From an uncultured bacterium (GTDB lineage Bacteria; SAR324; NAC60-12), in contig CBFIJD010000051.1 in assembly GCA_965662845.1 (NCBI GenBank), forward strand, positions 5,085 to 17,177: 12,093 bases of DNA. The letters run 5' to 3'. The position numbers and the translations under genes were made by a program. The notes below the pieces were generated by a model. The model saw nothing but the letters and a program-made list of their open reading frames with translations. It made no database searches and was not told the origin of the DNA. This document shows, piece after piece, positions 1 to 7,777 of the stretch; the stretch's first letter is position 1; each line of letters opens with the position of its first letter.

Positions 1-2
1 GC

Positions 3-407
3 CGCTACAGCGAAGAGCGCCTGCAGCCGGGAGCGGCGTTCCGCAGCAGCACGGATTTGTTTCAGCACTTCCGAGCGCGGTTGCGCACGCTGCGTCAAGA
101 GGTCTTCGTGATCGTGATTCTGGACAACAAGCACCGCTACTTGACCGAGGAAGTCATCACCCAAGGGCTGCTGAACCGCAGCTTGGTGCATCCACGCGAA
201 GTCTTTGCGAAGGCGATTGAGCATCGCGCCGCCGCGATGATCTGCTTGCACAATCATCCCTCTGGCGACCCGCAACCGTCTCCAGAAGATCACAAGATTA
301 CGCAGCGCCTGAAGGAGTCTGCGAACCTGCTGGGCATTTCGCTGCTGGATCATTTGGTGATTGGCAATGAGCGCTATGTCAGCTTTGCCGATGAAGGGTG
401 GCTCTAA
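3..407 (+). CDS. radC: RadC/JAB (MPN) domain protein, 5'-truncated by window edge
   Basis: The frame is open from base 3 (RYSEERLQPGAAFRSSTDLFQHF...). It carries the RadC motifs QEVF, VHPREVF, HNHPSGDPQPSPED and LLDHLVIG...YVSF. Confidence 0.93.
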   Translation, partial: RYSEERLQPGAAFRSSTDLFQHFRARLRTLRQEVFVIVILDNKHRYLTEEVITQGLLNRSLVHPREVFAKAIEHRAAAMICLHNHPSGDPQPSPEDHKITQRLKESANLLGISLLDHLVIGNERYVSFADEGWL

Positions 408-410
408 CTG

Positions 411-457
411 AAAACCACCCCGCGTCCGTTGGGAGGGCATACGGAGTGGGGCGGTTT
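411..457 (-). terminator. Probable intrinsic terminator of the iorAB-like operon, between convergent genes
   Basis: The minus strand reads AAACCGCCCCACTCCGT-loop-ACGGACGCGGGGTGGTTTT, an imperfect GC stem ending in a T run, 25 nt after the stop at 483. Confidence 0.55.
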
Positions 458-482
458 GGCTAGGAGGGAAGAGCAGGGAGGC

Positions 483-2627
483 TTAGACGAGCTGGATGCC
501 GTGCTTCTGCAGGGGCAGTGAGCGCAGGCGCTTGCCTGTCGCGGCGAAGATTGCGTTGGTCACGGCAGGAGCGAGCGGAGGCACGCCAGGCTCGCCGAAT
601 CCGCCGGGGTTTTGGTCAAACCGATCCAACACGGTCACGTGTACTTCCGGCGCTTGCTTCTGCGTCACCATCTGGTAGCGGTCGAAGTTGCCTTCCACGA
701 CGGCGCCGTTCGCGAAGCCAATCGAACCAAAGGCGGCGGCGGTCAGTCCAAACATGATGCCGCCCATCATCTGCATCTCGATGATCTGCGGGTTGACGTA
801 GGTCCCGCAATCCGCGACACAGAACACCCGCTCGACCTTGAGCGCATCACCAGACATCGAGACCTCCGCGACTTGCGCTACGTAGCTCCCAAAGCTCGCG
901 TGTGCGGCGACCCCTTGGAACACACCGCGGCGTGGTGAGCCCCAGTTGGCTTTCTCCGCGACGGCGCGCAGCACGCCTTTGAGGCGCTCATCTTTCATCA
1001 ACTTCAGGCGATACTCCACCGGATCGATACCCGCGGCGTGCGCGGCTTCGTCAATCGCGCTCTCCATGAAGAACGCGTTCTGCGAGTGGCCGACCGAGCG
1101 CCAGAAACCGACGGGGATGGGCGATTGGTGCAGCACATATTCGGTGTGCTGGTTGGCGAAAGCATAGCCCGCGTCATCGGCGGCGCCTTCCACAGAAGAG
1201 TGATCGACGCCATTCTTGACCATGCCTGGGAAGACGCGACTGAAGATCGACTGACACGCGATGCGGTTCTCCCAGGCCACGGGCAGGCCGTCTTTGCCCA
1301 GATCCACGCGGAACCTGCTCAGGGACTGCGGGCGATAGAAGTCGTGGCGCATGTCTTCTTCGCGAGACCACACCACCTTGACGGGCTTGCCGAGCTTTTG
1401 CGAAACCATCAGCGCCTGCATCACAAAGTCGCCTTCAAAGCGGCGCCCGAGTCCGGTGCCCAAGAAGGTGGTGTTCACCTCGATCTTCTCTGGCGGGAGC
1501 CCCGTCAGGTTGCTCGCCATCATCACGGTTGGGGTTTGGGCTTGTGTAGGGGCCCAGACCTTCACGAACTCGTCGGTGACCCACGCGGTCGCGTTCATCG
1601 GCTCCATGGTGGCGTGAGCCAAGTATGGCGCGTAATATTCCATCTCCAACGTCTGCGCGGCTTGCTGGCGCCCGGCCGCGACGTCTCCCACGACATGCGC
1701 CGGCGCCGGCTTGCCGTTGTTGAGGTCGTCTCGCAGCGCCTTCTCCAACGCGGCGGTGTCCATGCCCGCAGAGCCGCCACCTCGGAAGCGCACGTTCAAG
1801 GCTTTGAGGCCCTTCTGGGCTTGCCAGTAGCTGTTCGCAACGACGGCGACGCCGTTGGGGATTTCGACCACATGCTGCACGCCACGGACCGCGAGCGCAG
1901 CCTCTTGGTTCATCGACGCGACTTCGCCGCCAAAGACGGGGGACTGCTGCACGGTCGCGACCAGCATGCCGTCTAGCTGCACGTCGATGCCAAACTCAGC
2001 GGAGCCGTTGACTTTGGCAGGGAGGTCGACGCGGGGCATCGCCTTGCCGATGTAGCGATACTCGTCACGGGCTTTGACCTGCACCTGGGAGGGCACCGCT
2101 AAGTCTGCAGCGATTTCAACAGCCTCGGCGAAAGACACCGACGCTCCCGACGTGTGCACAATCGCGTGGTTGTAGGCTCGGCACTCAGACACGGGCACTC
2201 TCATCATGGTTGCGCCCGCTTCGGTCATCATCGCTCGGACGGTCGCCCCGACTTCGCGCAGCGGCTTCCACCACGCGCGCACAGAAGTGCTTCCCCCAGT
2301 CGCTTGCATGCCGAAAATGGGGTTGTGATACGCCGGATGGTTGAGCGCTGTGCGAGCTTGAACGCGTTCGTAATCCGCTTCCATCTCGTCGGCGAGGATC
2401 TGCGTTAGCGAGGGCAGTGAGCCTTGGCCCATCTCGGAAGCCGGGATCCAGAGGTGTACGGTTCCTTGAGGATCAATCTGCAGCCACGTCGCGATGTAGT
2501 CGCTCGGTCCTGACGCCGCGAGCGCGCGTTTGGGAGCCGCGGCAAACGAGAAGCTCAACGCAAAGCCGCCCACGGCGAACGCGGAGGCCTTGAAGAAATC
2601 ACGACGGCTGATGTTTTCGATTTGCAT
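483..2627 (-). CDS. iorB: Xanthine dehydrogenase family molybdopterin-binding subunit (isoquinoline 1-oxidoreductase beta-like), Tat-exported
   Basis: N-terminal SRRDFFK twin-arginine signal, plus motifs [42 protein letters not shown] and GEPGVPP. An SD AAGGAG lies inside the end of the upstream gene. The symbol is family-level and the substrate is unknown. Confidence 0.92.
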   Translation of the reverse strand: MQIENISRRDFFKASAFAVGGFALSFSFAAAPKRALAASGPSDYIATWLQIDPQGTVHLWIPASEMGQGSLPSLTQILADEMEADYERVQARTALNHPAYHNPIFGMQATGGSTSVRAWWKPLREVGATVRAMMTEAGATMMRVPVSECRAYNHAIVHTSGASVSFAEAVEIAADLAVPSQVQVKARDEYRYIGKAMPRVDLPAKVNGSAEFGIDVQLDGMLVATVQQSPVFGGEVASMNQEAALAVRGVQHVVEIPNGVAVVANSYWQAQKGLKALNVRFRGGGSAGMDTAALEKALRDDLNNGKPAPAHVVGDVAAGRQQAAQTLEMEYYAPYLAHATMEPMNATAWVTDEFVKVWAPTQAQTPTVMMASNLTGLPPEKIEVNTTFLGTGLGRRFEGDFVMQALMVSQKLGKPVKVVWSREEDMRHDFYRPQSLSRFRVDLGKDGLPVAWENRIACQSIFSRVFPGMVKNGVDHSSVEGAADDAGYAFANQHTEYVLHQSPIPVGFWRSVGHSQNAFFMESAIDEAAHAAGIDPVEYRLKLMKDERLKGVLRAVAEKANWGSPRRGVFQGVAAHASFGSYVAQVAEVSMSGDALKVERVFCVADCGTYVNPQIIEMQMMGGIMFGLTAAAFGSIGFANGAVVEGNFDRYQMVTQKQAPEVHVTVLDRFDQNPGGFGEPGVPPLAPAVTNAIFAATGKRLRSLPLQKHGIQLV

Positions 2628-2628
2628 G

Positions 2629-3096
2629 TCAGGCTCCTTGGGTTTGAAGTTCTTTGGCGGAGCGATGGATGGCCTTGCGCACAGCGTTGTAAGTTCCGCA
2701 GCGGCAGATGTTGGTCATCTCGCGGTCGATGTCTGCGTCGGTCGGGTTCGGATTCTTTTCTAGCAGAGAGACCGCCGCCATGATCTGTCCGGACTGGCAG
2801 TAGCCACACTGGGGAACCGACTCAGCGATCCACGCCTTTTGCACCGGGTGGCTGTTGTCGGTTGAGAGTCCTTCAATGGTGCGGATGGCTTTGCCGACGG
2901 CAGCGCTCGCGGGATAGCTGCAGGAGCGTACAGCCTCGCCGTCCACCAGCACGGTGCAAGACCCACAGGCGGCGATGCCACAACCGAACTTGGTGCCGGT
3001 CAGCTTTGCTTCGTCCCGCAACGCCCAAAGGAGCGGGGTATCTTCGTCAATCTCCACGCGGTAGTCCGCGCCGTTTACTTTCAAGTCGATCATCAT
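2629..3096 (-). CDS. iorA: (2Fe-2S)-binding small subunit (isoquinoline 1-oxidoreductase alpha-like)
   Basis: Motifs [30 protein letters not shown] and NICRCGTY. The start is placed at ATG 3096 behind SD AAGGAG. The stop is 1 nt from the beta-subunit ATG. Confidence 0.93.
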   Translation of the reverse strand: MMIDLKVNGADYRVEIDEDTPLLWALRDEAKLTGTKFGCGIAACGSCTVLVDGEAVRSCSYPASAAVGKAIRTIEGLSTDNSHPVQKAWIAESVPQCGYCQSGQIMAAVSLLEKNPNPTDADIDREMTNICRCGTYNAVRKAIHRSAKELQTQGA

Positions 3097-3278
3097 GGTA
3101 GCTTCTCCTTCATGTTGAGATGGGATGCGTCGCACGCAAAAATGCGTCCCTTAAGAGAGTGACACGAACGCCGCGAGACGCAACTTTTCTGATTAGAGGG
3201 CGCCGAAATTCCGACAGATCCTCGTCTAGTTCGTTGCCGAGCAGGTTCGGATTGACGACGATCCGGTGTGTGACGCTT

Positions 3279-4145
3279 TCAGGCAGAGACTCCGCCGAGG
3301 ACGCTCTCCAGTTGCATCTCATGGAGGATCTTGTCCTGAATGGGCTGGGTGAGGCGGTTCATTTCATCGACACCCCAGGCGATGCCGACGACGGTCCGCA
3401 CAGGGCGCTGGCCTGCGGGCATCTCGGCGAGGTTCAGATAGGCATCGACGACCCATTGTGGGTCAGGTGCGCCTTCGCTCTGTAGCATTTGGGCAAAGTG
3501 TGCTCCCATAGCGACGGGTACGCCGGCGAGTTCGCCATAGGATTCGAGCACCTCGGCATGAGCGGGTGGCTTGCCGGCGCCGAGGAGGCCGGTGCCAAAA
3601 GGTCCGGGCTCCACGATGGCCACATCGACGCCAAGCTTGGCCACCTCATAGCGCAAGGCCTGCGAGTAGCCTTCCAGCGCATGCTTCGTGGCGGTGTAGG
3701 TGCCGAAAAAGGGCGGCGAGATGCGACCCACGAGCGAGCTGTTGTTGATGATCAAGCCGCTGCCAGCCTTGCGCATCGCGGGCAGAACGGCCTGTATGGT
3801 GCGGATAGCACCGTAGTAATTGGCTTCCATCTGCTCCTTTGCCTGAGCGATGCTGAAAGCCTCGGTGATGCCGAGATACATGATGCCTGCATTGTTGATG
3901 CGGACATCGACCGGTCCCTCACTTAGAATCTGGGCAAAACCCGCTGCTACCGAGGCATCGTCCGCCACGTCGAGGTCGATGATGGAAATGCTGGCGGAAT
4001 GGGACTCTAGCGCGGCCTTCTTGGCGGCATTGCGCCCTTCGGTCTCACGCATCGTGCCCCAGACGCGGTAGCCTTTGTCCGCGAAGGCTGTGACGGCTCC
4101 CTCTCCGAATCCGCTGCTGGCTCCGGTGATGACGACTGTTTTCAT
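3279..4145 (-). CDS. Short-chain dehydrogenase/reductase (SDR)
   Basis: TGASSGFG Rossmann motif, NNAG, catalytic Ser (NSS), YTATK and VEPG. The start is probably MKTVVITG at 4145; the alternative is 4157. Confidence 0.93.
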   Translation of the reverse strand: MKTVVITGASSGFGEGAVTAFADKGYRVWGTMRETEGRNAAKKAALESHSASISIIDLDVADDASVAAGFAQILSEGPVDVRINNAGIMYLGITEAFSIAQAKEQMEANYYGAIRTIQAVLPAMRKAGSGLIINNSSLVGRISPPFFGTYTATKHALEGYSQALRYEVAKLGVDVAIVEPGPFGTGLLGAGKPPAHAEVLESYGELAGVPVAMGAHFAQMLQSEGAPDPQWVVDAYLNLAEMPAGQRPVRTVVGIAWGVDEMNRLTQPIQDKILHEMQLESVLGGVSA

Positions 4146-4207
4146 AGGATTTCTCATGGTGTGATGGATGAAATAGGTGGTTGTCTTAGCGCCGTGTTTG
4201 GCATTAA

Positions 4208-4266
4208 GATACCACCCAGTATCGTGAGAAAAAACCTACTGTCAAATAAAAAATACCAACTAGTAT
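4208..4266. promoter_or_regulatory. Two TetR-type operator palindromes (ATAC-N6-GTAT) in the divergent promoter region
   Basis: GATAC-CACCCA-GTATC at 4208-4223 and ATAC-CAACTA-GTAT at 4253-4266. The two 14-mers match at 12 of 14 positions. Confidence 0.7.
4218..4245 (-). promoter_or_regulatory. Candidate sigma70 promoter for the SDR gene
   Basis: Minus strand TTGACA (4245-4240), 16-nt spacer, GATACT (4223-4218). The -10 overlaps the first operator. Confidence 0.55.
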
Positions 4267-4269
4267 AAA

Positions 4270-4887
4270 ATGATAGCAGACGAATCGAAACCCCAGCGTG
4301 GAAGACCCCGAACCATGAGCCCAGAAGAGCTCCTGCGGGTGGCCGTGGCGGCCTATTGGCACGAAGGGCCGGGGGTCTCTGTCAATGCCATCTGCCAGCG
4401 GGCCGGGATCTCGAAACCATCCCTCTACCGTGAGTTCGGTGGCGAAGACGGGCTGACTTTGGCCGCGCTCGAGTCCTATGCCCGCACGTCGCAGAGCCAA
4501 TTCCAGGGGCTGCTTGCGAGTGAGCTGAGCTTTGCCGAGAAACTGGAGGGACTCATCGCCTTTGCGAGCGAAGATCCTCGGAACGAACACGGCTGCCTGT
4601 TCGTGAAAATGCGCGCCGCGCAACGTGACCTCGGCCCAAAGACGCAGGCGAAGGTCGCAGAAATCGAGGAGGCCATGCTGGAGATTTACACTCGCTTCTT
4701 GCAAGACAGCAGAGAGAGAGGAGAGTGGCTTGGCAGCATCACCCCCAGCTTCGCTGCGCAATACCTGCACGCCCAGATTGGCCTCGCAGCGTCTCAGCGC
4801 GCGCTCGGTGCGAAACCCTCCGTTGTCAGGCCTCTCTTGGAGTGTGCCTTGTCAGTTTTGCTGAGTGAGGGTGGAGCTGCAAAATGA
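4270..4887 (+). CDS. TetR/AcrR family transcriptional regulator
   Basis: RGRPR N-terminus, HTH SVNAICQRAGISKPSLYREFGG and C-terminal GCLFV. It is divergent from the SDR. There is no SD before ATG 4270. Confidence 0.92.
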   Translation: MIADESKPQRGRPRTMSPEELLRVAVAAYWHEGPGVSVNAICQRAGISKPSLYREFGGEDGLTLAALESYARTSQSQFQGLLASELSFAEKLEGLIAFASEDPRNEHGCLFVKMRAAQRDLGPKTQAKVAEIEEAMLEIYTRFLQDSRERGEWLGSITPSFAAQYLHAQIGLAASQRALGAKPSVVRPLLECALSVLLSEGGAAK

Positions 4888-5030
4888 TGCAGAGCAAGGG
4901 AGGCTGTGGTGCTGACGGCGGCAGGGAAGCCGCCCACGGTCTGAGACGCGACCCCCGCGCCGCGTAGGAGAAGCACTCTCTCTGAGAGCTTGCCCGCTCG
5001 CTGAAGTTGTCGCCATCCCGAAAGACCGCA

Positions 5031-5060
5031 TTGACAATACAAAAACACTGCTGTGATTAT
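5031..5060 (+). promoter_or_regulatory. Candidate sigma70 promoter for the Uma2 gene
   Basis: TTGACA (5031-5036), 18-nt spacer, GATTAT (5055-5060), then an AT-rich leader and SD-like AGGGA at 5096-5100. Confidence 0.45.
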
Positions 5061-5104
5061 GAGTAATAAATTTCATAAAAATGAAAAACTAAAACAGGGA
5101 AATC

Positions 5105-5833
5105 ATGTCTATCTTAACCAATCCTAAAGAGATTTTTTACCCAGAAAGTGATGGAAAACCGATGGCCGAAACCGATTTGCACAGAGACTTACTGTTGATG
5201 ATGGTTGGTTTGTTAAAGACCGCGTTTCCGAAGGCTTATGCTTCTGGGAACATCTGTTTGTATTACGAAGAAGGTAACCCGAAAAAAATGATCTCGCCAG
5301 ATTCATTGCTGTGCTTATCTCAACAACCACATCAAAAACGAGTGTACAAAGCGTGGGAAGAGAATCATCAACTTGATCTGGTAATTGAGTTTAGCTCGTT
5401 TGGCACCAAGCGCGCAGATCATCACCAAAAGAAAAAGATTTACGCCGATATTCTACAAGTCCCTTGGTATGTCATCTTCGACCCACATGGGATTTACTTG
5501 AATGTGTTTCGTCTTACCCCACAAGGATATGTTGAGCAAGAAGCCGAGAACGATGGGTGTGTTTACTTAGATTCACTGAATATCTTCATCAAAATTATCG
5601 AAGGCAACCAACTCCGACTATTGGATCAGCACAAAAGATTGATTCTGACTCCAGCTGAAAGAGCCGAAGAGGCAGATCAGCGAGCCGAAGAAGCAGGTCA
5701 GCGAGCCGAAGAAGCAGATCAGCGAGCCGAAGAAGCAGATCAGCGAGCCGAAGAGGCAGATCAGCGAGCCAAAATACTCGCTCAAAAGTTATCAGAGTTA
5801 GGGATTAATCCTGATGAGTTGATTCATCGTTGA
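5105..5833 (+). CDS. Uma2 family (DUF820) PD-(D/E)XK-type putative endonuclease with coiled-coil repeat tail
   Basis: Motifs YPESDGKPMAET..H, SPD, DLVIEFSS, KKKIY and YVIFDP. The tail reads LTPAERAEEADQ...LSELGINPD. Confidence 0.9.
   Translation: MSILTNPKEIFYPESDGKPMAETDLHRDLLLMMVGLLKTAFPKAYASGNICLYYEEGNPKKMISPDSLLCLSQQPHQKRVYKAWEENHQLDLVIEFSSFGTKRADHHQKKKIYADILQVPWYVIFDPHGIYLNVFRLTPQGYVEQEAENDGCVYLDSLNIFIKIIEGNQLRLLDQHKRLILTPAERAEEADQRAEEAGQRAEEADQRAEEADQRAEEADQRAKILAQKLSELGINPDELIHR
5660..5770 (+). repeat. Five 21-bp tandem repeats encoding RAEEA(D/G)Q heptads
   Basis: The unit (A/C)GAGCCGAAGA(A/G)GCAG(A/G)TCAG starts at 5660, 5681, 5702, 5723 and 5744, followed by a partial CGAGCC. Confidence 0.97.
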
Positions 5834-6070
5834 GCGAAATAACGGATGAGACAAAAATGAAATCAGGTAAGCAGCAGAGAACGTCACACTCCTCATCTCT
5901 TTCAAGCCTGCGCTGTAACGACTTAGCCCATAACGGCATGGTGAGAATCACAGAATAATGGAAGCTGCCAGTTTTCGAGATAGAGCGAGCGTGTCAATCG
6001 TTAGTGCCACGAGACGCGGCGAAGAAGAGTGGCGCTGCTTTCTGAAAATTTTTAAGCAAATGAGCAAACG

Positions 6071-6514
6071 ATGGGAAAAACGGTCGTTAGAGCAAAGTTT
6101 AGTAATACGCATGATATCGCGGATGTAAAACGCGGTTTTATGCAGGAGTCAGAGATCCGCAGCTTGGAATGTGAAGGGGTTGTCGATACAGGTGCGGTCT
6201 TGGTGAGCTTGACCAAACGCATTGTCGACCAACTCGGCTTGGATATTGTCACCGAAAAACGAGTCCGCTATGCCAATGGCCAAGTCGAGACCAAAGCGAT
6301 CGCCGGAGGGTTACTCGTGGAGATCCAAGGACGCAACGCGGAGGTGCGCTGTGTCGTGCAAGACGACGCGTCTCCCATGTTGATTGGACAAATTGCGCTC
6401 GCAGAAATGGACTGGGCGGTGCACCCCCAAACACAGCGCTTGATTCCTGGACACGAAGGCGAACACGAGATGGCGCTGATTGAGATGTACTACCAATCCA
6501 ACCAATCATATTGA
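6071..6514 (+). CDS. Clan AA (retropepsin-like) aspartic protease, single-domain
   Basis: Catalytic VDTGA, flap-like YANG, and the C-terminal LIGQIAL..MDW.V.P..QRLIP pattern. Confidence 0.85.
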   Translation: MGKTVVRAKFSNTHDIADVKRGFMQESEIRSLECEGVVDTGAVLVSLTKRIVDQLGLDIVTEKRVRYANGQVETKAIAGGLLVEIQGRNAEVRCVVQDDASPMLIGQIALAEMDWAVHPQTQRLIPGHEGEHEMALIEMYYQSNQSY

Positions 6515-6537
6515 ACGCTTGCATTTGACCTAAAGAC

Positions 6538-6576
6538 AAAGAGCCTCTCAGGTCGCAAGAGAGCCCCTTTCTTTTT
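6538..6576 (+). terminator. Weak terminator-like hairpin after the protease gene
   Basis: AAAGAGCCTCTC-loop-GAGAGCCCCTTT followed by CTTTTT. The stem is imperfect. Confidence 0.35.
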
Positions 6577-6625
6577 CAAAGATGCGCGAAAATCATCTCG
6601 GCGCGATCTGGAATTTTGTTCATCA

Positions 6626-6655
6626 TTGCCATCAATCGACTCTGCAAATTAGAAT
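6626..6655 (+). promoter_or_regulatory. Candidate sigma70 promoter for the creatininase-family gene
   Basis: TTGCCA (6626-6631), 18-nt spacer, TAGAAT (6650-6655). Confidence 0.45.
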
Positions 6656-6792
6656 CATTGTCTCAAGCAGGCACTGCCCCGCAGCCGATCAGCCAACCTC
6701 GGCATGGCTTGGAGAATGCCAGTGCGCCAGTGCGCCAGCGCGCGGAGTCGAGCGCCTAACCCTCAAATATTCCCTTTTGTAATGGAGACTGG

Positions 6793-7548
6793 ATGTACCT
6801 CAAACACCTGACGTGGCAAGAGACCGAGAGCTATCTCGCCCAAAAGCAGAGCATCATCATCCCGATTGGCTCGCACGAGCAGCACGGCCCGAACGGTATG
6901 CTTGGCACGGACATCATCTGTCCTGTACGGGTCGCCGAGGAAGTCTCCGCCCAGACGGGCGTGTTGATTGGGCCCGCGATTGAAGTTGGGATGGCGCAGC
7001 ATCATCTCGGTTTTGCGGGGTCGATGACGGTTCGCCCCACGACGCTGATCGCCATCATCGAAGACTACGCGAAGAGTTTGGCGCGACACGGCTTCACGCA
7101 CTTTCTGTTCTTGAACGGGCATGGCGGTAACAACGCGACCGTCCAAGCCGCGTTTGCCCAAATCCACGCCGAAGTGAGCTTGGCGCGCGCGCCCGCAGAC
7201 CAACCCGAGCTAGAGCTAGTGCTGTGCAACTGGTACATGGGGCCTCGCGTCAACGAGCTCAGTCGGCGGCATTTTCCCGGCACAGAAGGCAGCCACGCGA
7301 CACCTTCGGAAGTCTCGCTGACCTTTTATGCGTATCCAGAGCATGCCAAATCATGCGCGCCGCTTGAACCGCGCGTTGCCCCTTCGGGGCCGTTTGGGAG
7401 CGCGGCAGACTATCGCCGCAGATTCCCTGACGGGCGCATCGGCTCTGACCCCACGCTGGCGACCGTCGAGATTGGCAAAGCCATGTGCGAGGCGGCCACT
7501 GCCGATGTGATCGCAACGATGAAGCAGCGTGGTTTTGTGGTGAATTGA
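6793..7548 (+). CDS. Creatininase / creatinine amidohydrolase family protein
   Basis: Metal-ligand motifs PIGSHEQHGP...D, NGHGGN and HATPSE, plus DGRIGSDP. SD GGAG at 6784-6787. Confidence 0.92.
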   Translation: MYLKHLTWQETESYLAQKQSIIIPIGSHEQHGPNGMLGTDIICPVRVAEEVSAQTGVLIGPAIEVGMAQHHLGFAGSMTVRPTTLIAIIEDYAKSLARHGFTHFLFLNGHGGNNATVQAAFAQIHAEVSLARAPADQPELELVLCNWYMGPRVNELSRRHFPGTEGSHATPSEVSLTFYAYPEHAKSCAPLEPRVAPSGPFGSAADYRRRFPDGRIGSDPTLATVEIGKAMCEAATADVIATMKQRGFVVN

Positions 7549-7681
7549 TCTCGGTCGCGGAACTTACCAAAAGACAGGCCCCGAAGTCGCGCAGAACCGC
7601 AAGCCTCTGCATCATAAGCTATGAAACGCCTGGCGACTCAACTTCAGGTCGTCAGCCTACATCCGCCAGCGTCGCGTCATC

Positions 7682-7698
7682 TTAACAATTCTCTAACA
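7682..7698 (+). promoter_or_regulatory. Candidate PhoP/PhoB (OmpR-family) direct-repeat box
   Basis: TTAACA-N5-CTAACA with an 11-bp period, about 80 nt upstream of the phosphatase-like gene. Confidence 0.45.
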
Positions 7699-7777
7699 CG
7701 ACACCTGTAGTGCATTAGGTCGCTTTTCTTGTCCTGAGGAGAGCGTCACCCTTTGTAATCCAACCGACAGGAGTCTC

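Noticed and set aside
3..407. radC as a marker of a mobile element
   Set aside because: The gene extends beyond the window and may be the ordinary full-length chromosomal copy. No integrase or conjugation genes are visible.
470..482. AGAGCAGGGAGGC resembling AGAGCAAGGGAGGC at 4891-4904 (possible REP-like repeat)
   Set aside because: It is short, purine-rich, low complexity and present in only two copies.
1038..1976. 312-aa + strand ORF (also 7715-8671 minus, 4204-4770 minus and other overlapping ORFs)
   Set aside because: These are antisense or alternative-frame shadows of well-supported GC-rich genes, with no recognisable motifs.
3097..3278. Moco riboswitch upstream of the molybdoenzyme genes
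   Set aside because: I could not find the conserved motif elements; an Rfam scan would be decisive.
4888..5030. GC-rich hairpins after tetR (e.g. GGCGGC/GCCGCC) as an ncRNA
   Set aside because: Short stems are expected at this GC content, there is no recognisable RNA family, and there is no U-tract.
5660..5770. Tandem repeats (here and at 11820-11879) as CRISPR arrays
   Set aside because: They have no spacers, they are in-frame coding repeats, and there are no cas genes.
5927..6010. CCATAAC...GTTAGTG as an attC before the protease gene
   Set aside because: There is no internal palindrome and the cores are not complementary.
5834..6070. Short ORFs between the Uma2 and protease genes
   Set aside because: They have no SD and no recognisable protein features.
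6754..6760. Isolated GCCTAAC core-like heptamer
   Set aside because: It has no partner site or palindrome, and is expected by chance in 12 kb.
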